Source: Candidatus Liptonbacteria bacterium (GTDB lineage Bacteria; Patescibacteriota; Minisyncoccia; UBA6257; 2-01-FULL-56-20). From it: a DNA stretch of 49,385 nucleotides. The position numbers and the translations under genes are program-made. Shown here piece by piece: positions 19,192 through 28,282 of this stretch (position 1 is its first letter; each line of letters starts with the position of its first letter). The notes beneath the pieces were generated by a model, which saw nothing but the letters and a program-made list of their open reading frames with translations, ran no database searches and was not told where the DNA came from. The stretch lies in contig VGJV01000002.1 in NCBI GenBank assembly GCA_016867315.1, positions 1 through 49,385 on the forward strand, given 5' to 3'.

Positions 19192-20271
19192 TTATCTGAA
19201 GACTTCGATGCCTAAATCAGACATCTCTGACTTCATTGAGGCTTCTTCACGGAAGGCTTTCTTACCAAGGACATAAGGTGATCTGACACCCGTCATGATA
19301 GTAATAACTCTGACGCGATTAGCGAATTCCTTATTGACGCGAGCTCCAATAATTACTTGGGCATCCTGGCTGATGTTCTCTGTTACAAGCTCACCAACTC
19401 CTGCGAATTCCTCAAGCTTGAAGTCAGGGCCGCAAGTGATGTGGATCAAAGCTCCTGTTGCTCCTTTATAGTCTACATCGAGCAAAGGATGTGTCAAAGC
19501 TTGCCTGACTGCTTCATCTACTCTTGCTGTTGTGTCAGATTCTCCAACGCCGATTACTGCTACGTCGCCATTCTTCATAATAGCTGAAACGTCTGCATAG
19601 TCTAAGTTAATCAATGATGGCAAGGTAATAGTTTCCACTATGCCTTTGATCATTGTACTGACTAGCTCGTTAGCTACTGCGAATGCCTGCTCCATAGGCA
19701 AGTTTCCAGCGATATCTACCAGTCTATTGTTATCAATCACGATAACAGTGTCAACAACTTCTGTAAGTTCCTGCAATCCAAACTCTGCTTTGTCATGTCT
19801 TGCTTTTTCACACTCAAACGGCATTGTGACTACTCCTATTACTACAGCTCCAGATTCTTTAGCAAGCTGTGCAACAACGGGTGATGCTCCTGTTCCGCTT
19901 CCTCCCCCCATTCCTGTGAGGACGAAGACCATATCAGCTCCAGATGCAGACTTCTTAAGCTCAGACAAAGATTCCTTTGCAGCTTCTCGTCCCTTGGCAG
20001 GATATCCCCCGCATCCAAGACCACGTGTAAGCTCTTTTCCGATAAGTATTTTCTCATCTGCCTTTGTTATGCTCAAATGTAATGCATCAGTGTTGATAGC
20101 ATAAATAGAAGCTCCATTTATTCCTTTGTTGAATAGCCATGTCGCCATATTGCTTCCAGCTCCTCCAATACCAAATACTTTGATATTGGCTTTTCCAGCT
20201 CTCAATTCATCAAAATTGATGCTATGCGTCTCCGCATTTTTGATCGCCTCTTTTGCAAAATCAAGTACCAT
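19192..20271 (-). CDS. ftsZ: Cell division protein FtsZ (FtsZ2-like)
   Basis: GIGGAG.N, INTD, GMGGGSGTG, IDNNRL, SLINLDYADV. Confidence 0.95.
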   Translation of the reverse strand: MVLDFAKEAIKNAETHSINFDELRAGKANIKVFGIGGAGSNMATWLFNKGINGASIYAINTDALHLSITKADEKILIGKELTRGLGCGGYPAKGREAAKESLSELKKSASGADMVFVLTGMGGGSGTGASPVVAQLAKESGAVVIGVVTMPFECEKARHDKAEFGLQELTEVVDTVIVIDNNRLVDIAGNLPMEQAFAVANELVSTMIKGIVETITLPSLINLDYADVSAIMKNGDVAVIGVGESDTTARVDEAVRQALTHPLLDVDYKGATGALIHITCGPDFKLEEFAGVGELVTENISQDAQVIIGARVNKEFANRVRVITIMTGVRSPYVLGKKAFREEASMKSEMSDLGIEVFR

Positions 20272-20416
20272 GTTTTTTACCTCCTTTCAGTTAATATTTA
20301 TGTTTTTTCAAAGGCCACTTCACTATTTATACTTGACGATACCAGATTATATAAGAATGAGAAGATAAAAAGAGTGAAAATGATAATTTTATAAGGAAAA
20401 AACCACATATATATAC

Positions 20417-20950
20417 ATGATAAAAAAGTCTTCTGCATTCGATAAGTTTGTAAATTTCAAAACTAAGAAGAGAGCAGATATCACGACTCTCTTTGAGCAC
20501 CCATCAGCCTTCAAAGGAGTTGTAGATGAGATGACGAAACCATTCGGAAAAGTGAAAATAGATAAGATAGTAGGATTAGATGCCTTGGGATTTATCCTGG
20601 CGAGTGGAATGGCCTTAAAAATGAGAAGGCCTTTGATACTTATAAGAAAAAAAGGAAAATTGCCTTACCCGTCTAGTGCGTTACTAAGGATTGATGCAAG
20701 AGGTGTAAAAACGGACAAAGATAATAATCCAAGCAGGAAGTTAGAGATAAGAAAAGATTCTATTAAGAAAGGAGATCAGGTTCTATTGGTAGATGAATGG
20801 ATCCACACAGGAACACAAGTGCTTGCAGCAGTAAAGATTATAGAAAAATTAGGTGGGAGGGTAGTAGGAATTGCATGCTACAGTGCCAATCTTAACGAAA
20901 AAACTAATGTCTTATTCGATAAGTACAATCTCAAGCAGGTCCGCAAATAG
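20417..20950 (+). CDS. Adenine phosphoribosyltransferase-like type I PRTase
   Basis: GLDALGF, IRKKGKLP, PRPP loop LLVDEWIHTG. Confidence 0.8.
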   Translation: MIKKSSAFDKFVNFKTKKRADITTLFEHPSAFKGVVDEMTKPFGKVKIDKIVGLDALGFILASGMALKMRRPLILIRKKGKLPYPSSALLRIDARGVKTDKDNNPSRKLEIRKDSIKKGDQVLLVDEWIHTGTQVLAAVKIIEKLGGRVVGIACYSANLNEKTNVLFDKYNLKQVRK

Positions 20951-20957
20951 ATTGAAC

Positions 20958-21992
20958 TTATATTCTCTTCAGTCTATCCATGAATTCTGCAATATACTTT
21001 AAAGGAAATAAGCACCCAGATGCGGCTTTATGCCCGCCTCCATCTGAATTCTCAAACCCTTCGACTATTTTTCTTGCGAGTATAGACACATCTTCTCCTC
21101 TATCTTGCCTTCTAAACGAGCATTTTACAAGGTTATTAGACTTTCTGTAAATGACGATTGTCTTATCTGGAATTTTATGGCTTCTATCGTTAATTACAAC
21201 CTCTCTTATTGGAAATATCCCTTTGAATTCCCATACATATCTTCCATTTATCTCCTTCTTCTCAGAATCAAAAGACTCTAATGCTTTATCGACCTCTTCT
21301 TGCACTTCAGCTATATGTCCTCCCAAGATGCCAAGTTCGCCGAACTGCCTGGGAAATCTATCGTAAAAATCATATATTGTATCTTTATAATATACTAAAG
21401 CAAGATAAAGTTTGTATTGAAAATCCCATATCTTGCTATCTTTTACCTCTTCATCTCCAGGAACGAACTCTCCTCCATATTTTTTATATACTTCTGACAA
21501 GAAACCTCCATTTGACTTCCATGCCCAATCAGATAAGGATGCGCAAGCAACCGCCCAATCCCAAGATTTCAGTTCTTGTATTTGTGAAAATAAAAAATAA
21601 CAGAGATAGGCTGCGCACATTCCTTGAGCGTTCATATATACTGTCTTTTCAGAATTGAAATCTTCTATTATCTGATGATGATCTATTATCAATATTTTTG
21701 CAAAAGATTCCAATTTAATGAATTTGTCTTTGGTTTTAAAATTCAGGTCAGTCATGACGACCTTGGTCACACCTTCTTTCCTTAGTTCTTCTATAAGTTC
21801 ATCATTCAATTCCTCATATCCTACGAGCCTAACTATATTTGGATCAATGGCTTCACTGACTATTTTTGCAGAAACTATGCCATCCAGGTCAGACTTGTGA
21901 CTAACTACTGCAATCACATCTTTATCATCTAAAGAACCAACATATTCAGCAAACCTTTTCTCATTCCCAGTAATCCAATTGGGTTTTTCCAT
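20958..21992 (-). CDS. DHH/DHHA1 phosphoesterase (RecJ-like)
   Basis: H..DLDG, TD, IIDHH, GGGH..ASG. Confidence 0.88.
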   Translation of the reverse strand: MEKPNWITGNEKRFAEYVGSLDDKDVIAVVSHKSDLDGIVSAKIVSEAIDPNIVRLVGYEELNDELIEELRKEGVTKVVMTDLNFKTKDKFIKLESFAKILIIDHHQIIEDFNSEKTVYMNAQGMCAAYLCYFLFSQIQELKSWDWAVACASLSDWAWKSNGGFLSEVYKKYGGEFVPGDEEVKDSKIWDFQYKLYLALVYYKDTIYDFYDRFPRQFGELGILGGHIAEVQEEVDKALESFDSEKKEINGRYVWEFKGIFPIREVVINDRSHKIPDKTIVIYRKSNNLVKCSFRRQDRGEDVSILARKIVEGFENSDGGGHKAASGCLFPLKYIAEFMDRLKRI

Positions 21993-22009
21993 GCTCAGGT
22001 GATTGATAC

Positions 22010-22687
22010 TTATACTCTTTCTAAAATGACAGAATTAATGCCATTTTGCAAGCAGAGAGATTCAAATCTTTTAGCATCATCAATCGTGCCTACTACTCCA
22101 GACCCATAATGCATGGGGATTGCCAGATCAGCACCTAACATCTTGGCCACGTCTGCAGCGTCTTCTGCAGTCATTACATAAGTCCCAGAAACAGGCAACA
22201 ATGCCACAAACTCATTTCCATGTTTCCCATATCCTGTAAGCCTCTCCATGTCAGGTATCTTGTCTGTGTCTCCTGCATGGTAGATGATTACCCCATTAAA
22301 TTTGATCACAAAGCCAAGCCACCTCTCAGATTTTGGATGAAAATCATTCCCGACATTATATGCAGGTACGGCTTCTATTTTGACTCCATCCATCTCAAGT
22401 TCATCACCAATCTCCATTATCTGCATTTGGACATCATCGATTCTCGTTATCTTGCTTTGTGCATCAGGGGACGTTATTATCGTAGTCCCTTTTTTTGACA
22501 TCTTAGCAATATCTTTTATGCTGCAGTGGTCAGAGTGACTGTGTGTGACAAGTATGTAGTCTGCTTTTCCAGCAGCATCTGATACATTATATGGATCTAT
22601 CGCTATCCTTTTTCCATTACTATTACTTATCAAAAAGCCATCGTGGCCTAAAAATTCAATGATGACATCTTTTATCTTCATCAACAA
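22010..22687 (-). CDS. Metallo-beta-lactamase fold hydrolase
   Basis: IDP, THSHSDH, YHAGDT, IPMHY. Confidence 0.9.
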   Translation of the reverse strand: MLMKIKDVIIEFLGHDGFLISNSNGKRIAIDPYNVSDAAGKADYILVTHSHSDHCSIKDIAKMSKKGTTIITSPDAQSKITRIDDVQMQIMEIGDELEMDGVKIEAVPAYNVGNDFHPKSERWLGFVIKFNGVIIYHAGDTDKIPDMERLTGYGKHGNEFVALLPVSGTYVMTAEDAADVAKMLGADLAIPMHYGSGVVGTIDDAKRFESLCLQNGINSVILERV

Positions 22688-22855
22688 TCAATCTTTACTT
22701 AATTTATAAGCTTACTGGTGATTGACATGAAAGATTTAAATATGAGGAAAAATGGGCAGTTGACGGCCATATTACAGATATTTCATTCGATACATACTGG
22801 CAGGCATGAGACTGATAGTTTTTTATTGCACTATTTTGACCAACATTAAGAGGTA

Positions 22856-24148
22856 TTAAGAAAATTTCCCTGCTATCTTCAACGCCTTTAAATCATTTCC
22901 TTTGGCACACATTACCTGTAAGCCGACAGGTATATTTTCCACAATTCCCGATGGTACAGCAACAGAGCATATACCGGCCAGATTCGCAGGGCAAGTAAGT
23001 GCATCAGCAGCATATACTTCTTCAATGCTCATCTTGTCCCCCTCCCCAACCTTCCATGGCAATATTGGGCACACAGGTATTATTATACAGTCTACTTTGC
23101 CGAAAGCTTTTGAAAATTCTTCTGATATCATTTGTTTAATTTCCAATGATCGTCTATAATATGCTCCCGCGTGTTCTGCTTTAGTGATCTCGCTCCCTCC
23201 AAGTACTCTCCTTAACACTTCCTTGCCGCACTTATCTTCAAACCGATATCCGTACCTCCTTCCATCAAACCTCCTTGTCCCAGAATAAAACTCTGAATAT
23301 ACGAGAGGATAATATGTCTGTACAGCAAGCCCTATGTTTTCAAGTTCTATTTCTTTTATAAGCCATTTATTAATCTTTGCGACCTCTCTTAGTTTATGTT
23401 CCACAATTTTATGAATCCTTGAATCTATTCCTTTTATCTTTAAAACTCCTATATTTATTGTATTCCCTTCATCTTCCTTTATGTCTTCACTCATAGTATC
23501 TCTCTCATCTCTACCTGATATAACTTCAAACAACAATTTAGCATCCTCAACATTTTTTGCTAGTGGCCCTATCTGATCAAGGCTCATCGACAGGTCTACA
23601 AGTCCATATCTGGAGACTGCGCCATAACTTGGCTTCATCCCAACTATCCCGCAATGCGAGGCGGGGGCCCTTATGCTCCCTCCAGTATCGCTTCCTAGTG
23701 CAACATCGCAAAAACCTGCTGCTACTGCCGCAGCACTACCGCTGCTGCTTCCTCCAGGTATTTTTCCCAATGCAGCAGGGTTCTGTGTTGGTCCAAATGC
23801 GCTATTTTCCCCACTTACTCCTGCCGCAAATTCATCCATATTTGTCATCCCTATTATAACTCCATCTTCTCCCTTGATCTTAGAAATGACAGTAGCATCA
23901 TAAGGTGCGACATAGTTCTCTAAGACACGCGAAGCGCAATTACATATAATCCCTTTTACATTTATATTACTCTTTACAGCCACTACGAAACCATAAAGCT
24001 TTCCTTTCTTGCCTGTCTTTTTAAATTTTTCATCCACAGCTCTTGCCTCCTCAACAACTTTATCGTTAAGATGTAAGAACGCATTAATCTTGCCATCCTC
24101 TTTTTTTATCTTTTCCAGAAACTTCTTTACTTTATCTTCTACACTCAT
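22856..24148 (-). CDS. gatA: Asp/Glu-tRNA amidotransferase subunit A
   Basis: Amidase signature GGSSSGSA, GSDTGGSIR.PAS, TNMDEFA, RFDG.RYG. Confidence 0.92.
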   Translation of the reverse strand: MSVEDKVKKFLEKIKKEDGKINAFLHLNDKVVEEARAVDEKFKKTGKKGKLYGFVVAVKSNINVKGIICNCASRVLENYVAPYDATVISKIKGEDGVIIGMTNMDEFAAGVSGENSAFGPTQNPAALGKIPGGSSSGSAAAVAAGFCDVALGSDTGGSIRAPASHCGIVGMKPSYGAVSRYGLVDLSMSLDQIGPLAKNVEDAKLLFEVISGRDERDTMSEDIKEDEGNTINIGVLKIKGIDSRIHKIVEHKLREVAKINKWLIKEIELENIGLAVQTYYPLVYSEFYSGTRRFDGRRYGYRFEDKCGKEVLRRVLGGSEITKAEHAGAYYRRSLEIKQMISEEFSKAFGKVDCIIIPVCPILPWKVGEGDKMSIEEVYAADALTCPANLAGICSVAVPSGIVENIPVGLQVMCAKGNDLKALKIAGKFS

Positions 24149-24190
24149 ACCGATTTTGAGAATTAGCACTTTATTAATCTTCCTTTACAA

Positions 24191-24421
24191 TCAATGTACT
24201 AGTTCCTTTGCTCTCTGTTCTAATGCTTGCTTTTGAGAAGCATCCATCTTTCCATATTTATCAGAATGTGCTTTCTTGAAATGTTCAATCATTTTCTCGG
24301 CAGTCTCATCAATATTTTTACCTCTTGCCACAAAACCACATTCCATGTTTCCTAATGAGTAACAGTTCAATTCCAGCTCATTCAAACCGGCGCGTGCTTT
24401 GTCAGGATCTGCCTCTTCCAT
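24191..24421 (-). CDS. DUF1059-like small metal-binding protein
   Basis: C...G..C.F.ARG...E......H...H pattern. Confidence 0.7.
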   Translation of the reverse strand: MEEADPDKARAGLNELELNCYSLGNMECGFVARGKNIDETAEKMIEHFKKAHSDKYGKMDASQKQALEQRAKELVH

Positions 24422-24500
24422 ATTATTATAAGAAAATAAGAAGTTTATGAACCTTTCTTTTGTACAAAAACAAAGTCGTGTCTAAGGTTTATACAAAGGC

Positions 24501-25010
24501 TTACCAGCTTATATTCTTCACAGGCTTCTTAATATACATAATCTCCTGCAATTCATAGACTTCCATGGTGCTTTCAACTTGATCGTCAAAATATCTTATC
24601 TGATATTCCTTATCATTTTTGTCAAATACTTCTATAGTCATCTCTTTAGTGCTCCCATGATCCATTAAGACATAATGAGCATCTACCTCTAATTCCACAC
24701 CATCTATCTTTATCTTGTCTCCTTTCTTGATCTTTGATACTGGTCTAGATGCACTTACCTTGGGAGGTTCTGACGGCCCATTATGGTTCATCTTCTCTAT
24801 AACATTAACTGCATCTTCAACCATGTCATCCATGTCATCCATATCATCTTCATCTACTGTCTTCTTTTTCACTTTCGCAGGCTTGGATGCAGGAGCATAT
24901 TCTACATCTTCATCATCACCAAATGCATCATCCAAAGACATCCCTTCATCATCACTTTTATCCGCATTTACTTTCCCTGCTTCTTTCTTTTTTGTTTTTT
25001 TAGCTACCAT
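24501..25010 (-). CDS. Hypothetical protein with acidic low-complexity N-terminus
   Basis: ORF overlapping the gatC stop; beta-rich C-terminus. Confidence 0.7.
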   Translation of the reverse strand: MVAKKTKKKEAGKVNADKSDDEGMSLDDAFGDDEDVEYAPASKPAKVKKKTVDEDDMDDMDDMVEDAVNVIEKMNHNGPSEPPKVSASRPVSKIKKGDKIKIDGVELEVDAHYVLMDHGSTKEMTIEVFDKNDKEYQIRYFDDQVESTMEVYELQEIMYIKKPVKNISW

Positions 25011-25246
25011 TTCTTCTTCTCCGCGATAATGCAATCCTCATCTTTATTTGGCGCGTTAGCAAGTAACATATCTCTGAACGCCTCATCTCCAGATGCTCCC
25101 TTCCCCTCTTCTCTGAATCCTCCAACTCTTTCTTCATTTTTCTTTTTGGAAATCTTAATCTTGGACAACGCAGAGCTGAACTTTTTCAATATTTCTTGTA
25201 CTTCTACTTTAATCTTTTCCTTTTCTTTCTCAGAAATTGCATTCAT
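25004..25246 (-). CDS. gatC: Amidotransferase subunit C (divergent)
   Basis: 80 aa; FREE...FRDMLLANAP....I.AEK.KW, near gatA. Confidence 0.7.
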   Translation of the reverse strand: MNAISEKEKEKIKVEVQEILKKFSSALSKIKISKKKNEERVGGFREEGKGASGDEAFRDMLLANAPNKDEDCIIAEKKKW

Positions 25247-25467
25247 ATTTGTGAAAGAAAGCTTGAATTTATAAAGCTAATGTAGTGAAGTTTACTTTCT
25301 TTTAAAAAAATACTGCATCGATCCTCTCTTTAGTAATGATTTTTTTAATCTTGTAAGGATACTCCTTGAAAATCCCCTAAAACAAGTAGTCTCATTACCA
25401 ATGCAAGAAAATCTTATTAAAAAAAATATCTAGTAAAATATAAATACAGACCAAGGTTAAATTTTTA

Positions 25468-25737
25468 ATGGATATTAGATTGGTGAAAGATTCTGATCTT
25501 CTAAAGAGGTCTTCACTCTACCGAGAATTCCAAGCAGAACGCGAAGAGGTTCTAAGGCATAAGTGGATAGAATCTGAGAAAGCAGGTTATGACATAGGTT
25601 TTGAACATGCCCTAATCGATTGGATAATTCATCATCGCTCTAAATGGAGAACGTGGAGAAAACAAAACTGCCCAGAGTGTCCATATTATATGAAAAAACC
25701 CGAGAGCAATCCCTTGCTACCAAATATTAAGTTTTGA
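25468..25737 (+). CDS. DUF4032-like small protein
   Basis: SSLYREFQAEREE.L.HKWIESEKAG.DIGFE.AL.DW motif. Confidence 0.7.
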   Translation: MDIRLVKDSDLLKRSSLYREFQAEREEVLRHKWIESEKAGYDIGFEHALIDWIIHHRSKWRTWRKQNCPECPYYMKKPESNPLLPNIKF

Positions 25738-25898
25738 GTACCACAATTTCTTTTAGAAGAGATTTGTTTCATGCATGATGCTGAACAAGTACATAAATTC
25801 CCAATTTAGATTGGAAAGCAACTAGAGGAAATAGGTAAATTAAGAAGTAATAATTCAAAGGCATTTTCATTTAACCATCCTTCTCTTAGACTATCACT

Positions 25899-26005
25899 AA
25901 AACGATGCGCCACTTCAGATTCATTATAGAAGAAGTTAATCTTAAATGGCAGTCAGGAATCTTAGAATCTTGATGAGGTGTGTTTTTGGTCGATTCTCAA
26001 CATAA
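25899..26005. repeat. Degenerate palindromic scaffold element, copy 4
   Basis: Retains aaacgatgcgccac, tggcagtcaggaatcttag and ttgatgag; abuts the aspS stop. Confidence 0.75.
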
Positions 26006-27400
26006 TCACTTCTTCTTTTTCTCTTCCTTTTTAGGAACATCCAATTTAATGAATACTTCCTTGAGCTGCTTCTCGCTTACTGAAGACGGAGTATCAAGCA
26101 TGACGTCTTGTGCAGCTTTATTCTTCGGGAAAGCAATCACATCGCGGATAGTGTCTGCGCCGATAATAATCTGAATAAACCTGTCGAGGCCAATAGCATA
26201 CCCTCCGTGTGGCGGCGCTCCATACGACAAAGCATGCAGCAAGAAACCAAACTTTTCCTCTGCTTCTTTCTCGTCAATGCCCAGAACTTTAAACACTCTC
26301 TTTTGAATTTCTGGATTATGGATGCGAATGCTGCCACTCAGCAATTCTGTTCCATTCAAGACCAGGTCATACGTCTTCGCCTTCACTTTCAAGGGCTCTT
26401 TCTCAAGCAAAGTCAAATCAGAGGGCATGCAGAACGGATGGTGCGCAGCAACATATTTCTTCTCTTCCTCAGAGTACTCAAAAAGCGGAAAGTCCACAAT
26501 CCAGGAAAAGGCATACTTCTCTCCGGTCTCCTTGCGCAAATCGGGCTTGTCAGAGTTGTACTTCTTCATCGCCTCTGCATACGGAATCCTCCGAAACGGC
26601 GTCTTCAGATCCTGATGAAGAACCTCCTTAAACAACGCCTTCATGAGCTGCTCAACACTCGAATAAATATCTTCTTCATTAACAAACGACATCTCAACAT
26701 CGAGTTGCGTAAACTCCGGCTGTCTATCTGCACGCAAATCCTCATCGCGTAAGCAGCGCGCGATTTGAAAATATCTATCCATTCCCGATACCATCAAGAG
26801 TTGCTTAAATAATTGCGGCGATTGCGGGAGAGCATAGAATTTGCCTGCATGAACACGGCTCGGTACAAGATAGTCGCGCGCTCCTTCCGGCGTTGATTTT
26901 GCAAGTAAGGGTGTCTCAAACTCCGTAAATCCTTCCTTGGCAAAGAAACTACGAATGGTCTGCATAATCCTGCCGCGCAAATGGAGATTGCGCTGCATGC
27001 GCTCGCTGCGCAAATCAAGATAGCGATACTTCATCTTCACATCCTCATTGACCTCTGCATCATTGAGCATAAACGGCAGAGGCGGACAAGGATTCAATAC
27101 CTCAAACGCCTCACAAAAAACTTCAATGCTCCCTGTAGATAGCTCTTTATTCTCAGTTCCTGCCTTCCTCTTCACCACTTCCCCAACAATCTTCACGCAC
27201 GACTCCAGCGCAATGCTCTTTGCCTGCTCAAATCCCTTGCTTTTCTTAATCAAAACAACTTGCACAACTCCATATCTGTCCCGCATATCCAAAAAAACAA
27301 CACCTCCATGCGCTCTTACTGTCTGCACCCATCCACATAATTGCACTTTCTTTCCCACATCTTTTCCGCTTAATTCTCCGCATGTATGTGTTCTTAACAT
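26006..27400 (-). CDS. aspS: Aspartyl-tRNA synthetase, bacterial type, GAD-less, probably non-discriminating
   Basis: MLRTHTCGEL, STPEGARDYLVPSR, LPQSPQLFKQLLM, RDEDLRADRQPEFTQLD, PPHGG...GLDR. Confidence 0.95.
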   Translation of the reverse strand: MLRTHTCGELSGKDVGKKVQLCGWVQTVRAHGGVVFLDMRDRYGVVQVVLIKKSKGFEQAKSIALESCVKIVGEVVKRKAGTENKELSTGSIEVFCEAFEVLNPCPPLPFMLNDAEVNEDVKMKYRYLDLRSERMQRNLHLRGRIMQTIRSFFAKEGFTEFETPLLAKSTPEGARDYLVPSRVHAGKFYALPQSPQLFKQLLMVSGMDRYFQIARCLRDEDLRADRQPEFTQLDVEMSFVNEEDIYSSVEQLMKALFKEVLHQDLKTPFRRIPYAEAMKKYNSDKPDLRKETGEKYAFSWIVDFPLFEYSEEEKKYVAAHHPFCMPSDLTLLEKEPLKVKAKTYDLVLNGTELLSGSIRIHNPEIQKRVFKVLGIDEKEAEEKFGFLLHALSYGAPPHGGYAIGLDRFIQIIIGADTIRDVIAFPKNKAAQDVMLDTPSSVSEKQLKEVFIKLDVPKKEEKKKK

Positions 27401-27462
27401 GCCAAATCCAAATAAACGCGCTTTTTAACCCTTTTCTTTCAGAAAACCTTACTTTGTTAAGA

Positions 27463-27513
27463 TCTCAAAGTCTATCGGACTTTGATGGCCATCAAGGATT
27501 AATATCCATGAGG
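27463..27513 (-). repeat. Stand-alone double-hairpin module upstream of aspS
   Basis: Minus strand AAA|CCTCATGGAT-ATTA-ATCCTTGA TGGCCA TCAAAGTC-CGATA-GACTTTGA. Confidence 0.7.
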
Positions 27514-27547
27514 TTTCCTAAATCTTATTTTTAACCCTTATGCTACA

Positions 27548-27859
27548 TTAATTTTCCCAAGGACACACTCTGGGATTTCCGCCCCTAGGATCTTCCCATC
27601 CAAAATCATTCCCCTTTATTTCCGTCACCGAAACTGTGTTCATAACTCTTGTTCCATTGCATTCCACAGTAATATCCATACATTTTCCACTAAGCGTGCA
27701 TAATGCAAATGTCCATGTATAATGAAGAGGCTCATCATCTTTCTCATCAATTGCTAATCCAGTCCCACTCACTTTTTGTACAAATAATCCTGCGAAGAAA
27801 GCCAGAACTACAAGTGCCAGCACAATTAACACAAGCCTCCAATTTGCTTTTTTACGCAT
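27548..27859 (-). CDS. Hypothetical membrane-anchored Cys-containing protein
   Basis: Basic N-terminus plus TM helix, TG.AI, four Cys, W.DPR. Confidence 0.65.
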   Translation of the reverse strand: MRKKANWRLVLIVLALVVLAFFAGLFVQKVSGTGLAIDEKDDEPLHYTWTFALCTLSGKCMDITVECNGTRVMNTVSVTEIKGNDFGWEDPRGGNPRVCPWEN

Positions 27860-27953
27860 GGGACAAGTAATCAAGGTACCTTTATAAAATTTGTTATCCC
27901 TACATAGAGACATTTTTAGAAAGATTTATAAAGTGTAATTAAAGCTTGAATCT

Positions 27954-28277
27954 ATGGCAACAAATCCTCTAAGCAGAGTAAATATGTACTTCCCAATAAA
28001 AGGTCTGGCAAGAATACTCTTTCCTCATAAGCCCCTAGACGTATTTCCAATAGGTAATGATCCCTATCAACCATGTAATTTACCTACTTTCACAAAAGAT
28101 GATTACGCTTGCTTTTCCACAGGAGAAGACGTTGTTATAACAAGTATCGGTACATATCAGAAAATAAATGATGCCTGTCATGCAGGTCCGGCACAAATAA
28201 ATTCCAAATTAACGAGTGCACGTTTTCTCTGCTATGCGCTTAAAGAATTTGACGAAGACATAGCCTTGGATCACTAA
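27954..28277 (+). CDS. Hypothetical protein
   Basis: 107-aa ORF; TTTATAAA begins 29 nt upstream. Confidence 0.55.
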   Translation: MATNPLSRVNMYFPIKGLARILFPHKPLDVFPIGNDPYQPCNLPTFTKDDYACFSTGEDVVITSIGTYQKINDACHAGPAQINSKLTSARFLCYALKEFDEDIALDH

Positions 28278-28282
28278 AGGAT

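Noticed and set aside
19192-20271. GGGSGTG variant of the tubulin signature suggesting CetZ or inactive FtsZ
   Set aside because: The change is a conservative T-to-S, and the T7 loop (NLDYAD) and other FtsZ motifs are intact.
6-27513. CRISPR array interpretation of the palindromic repeats
   Set aside because: The copies are dispersed with no regular repeat-spacer periodicity, and there are no cas genes.
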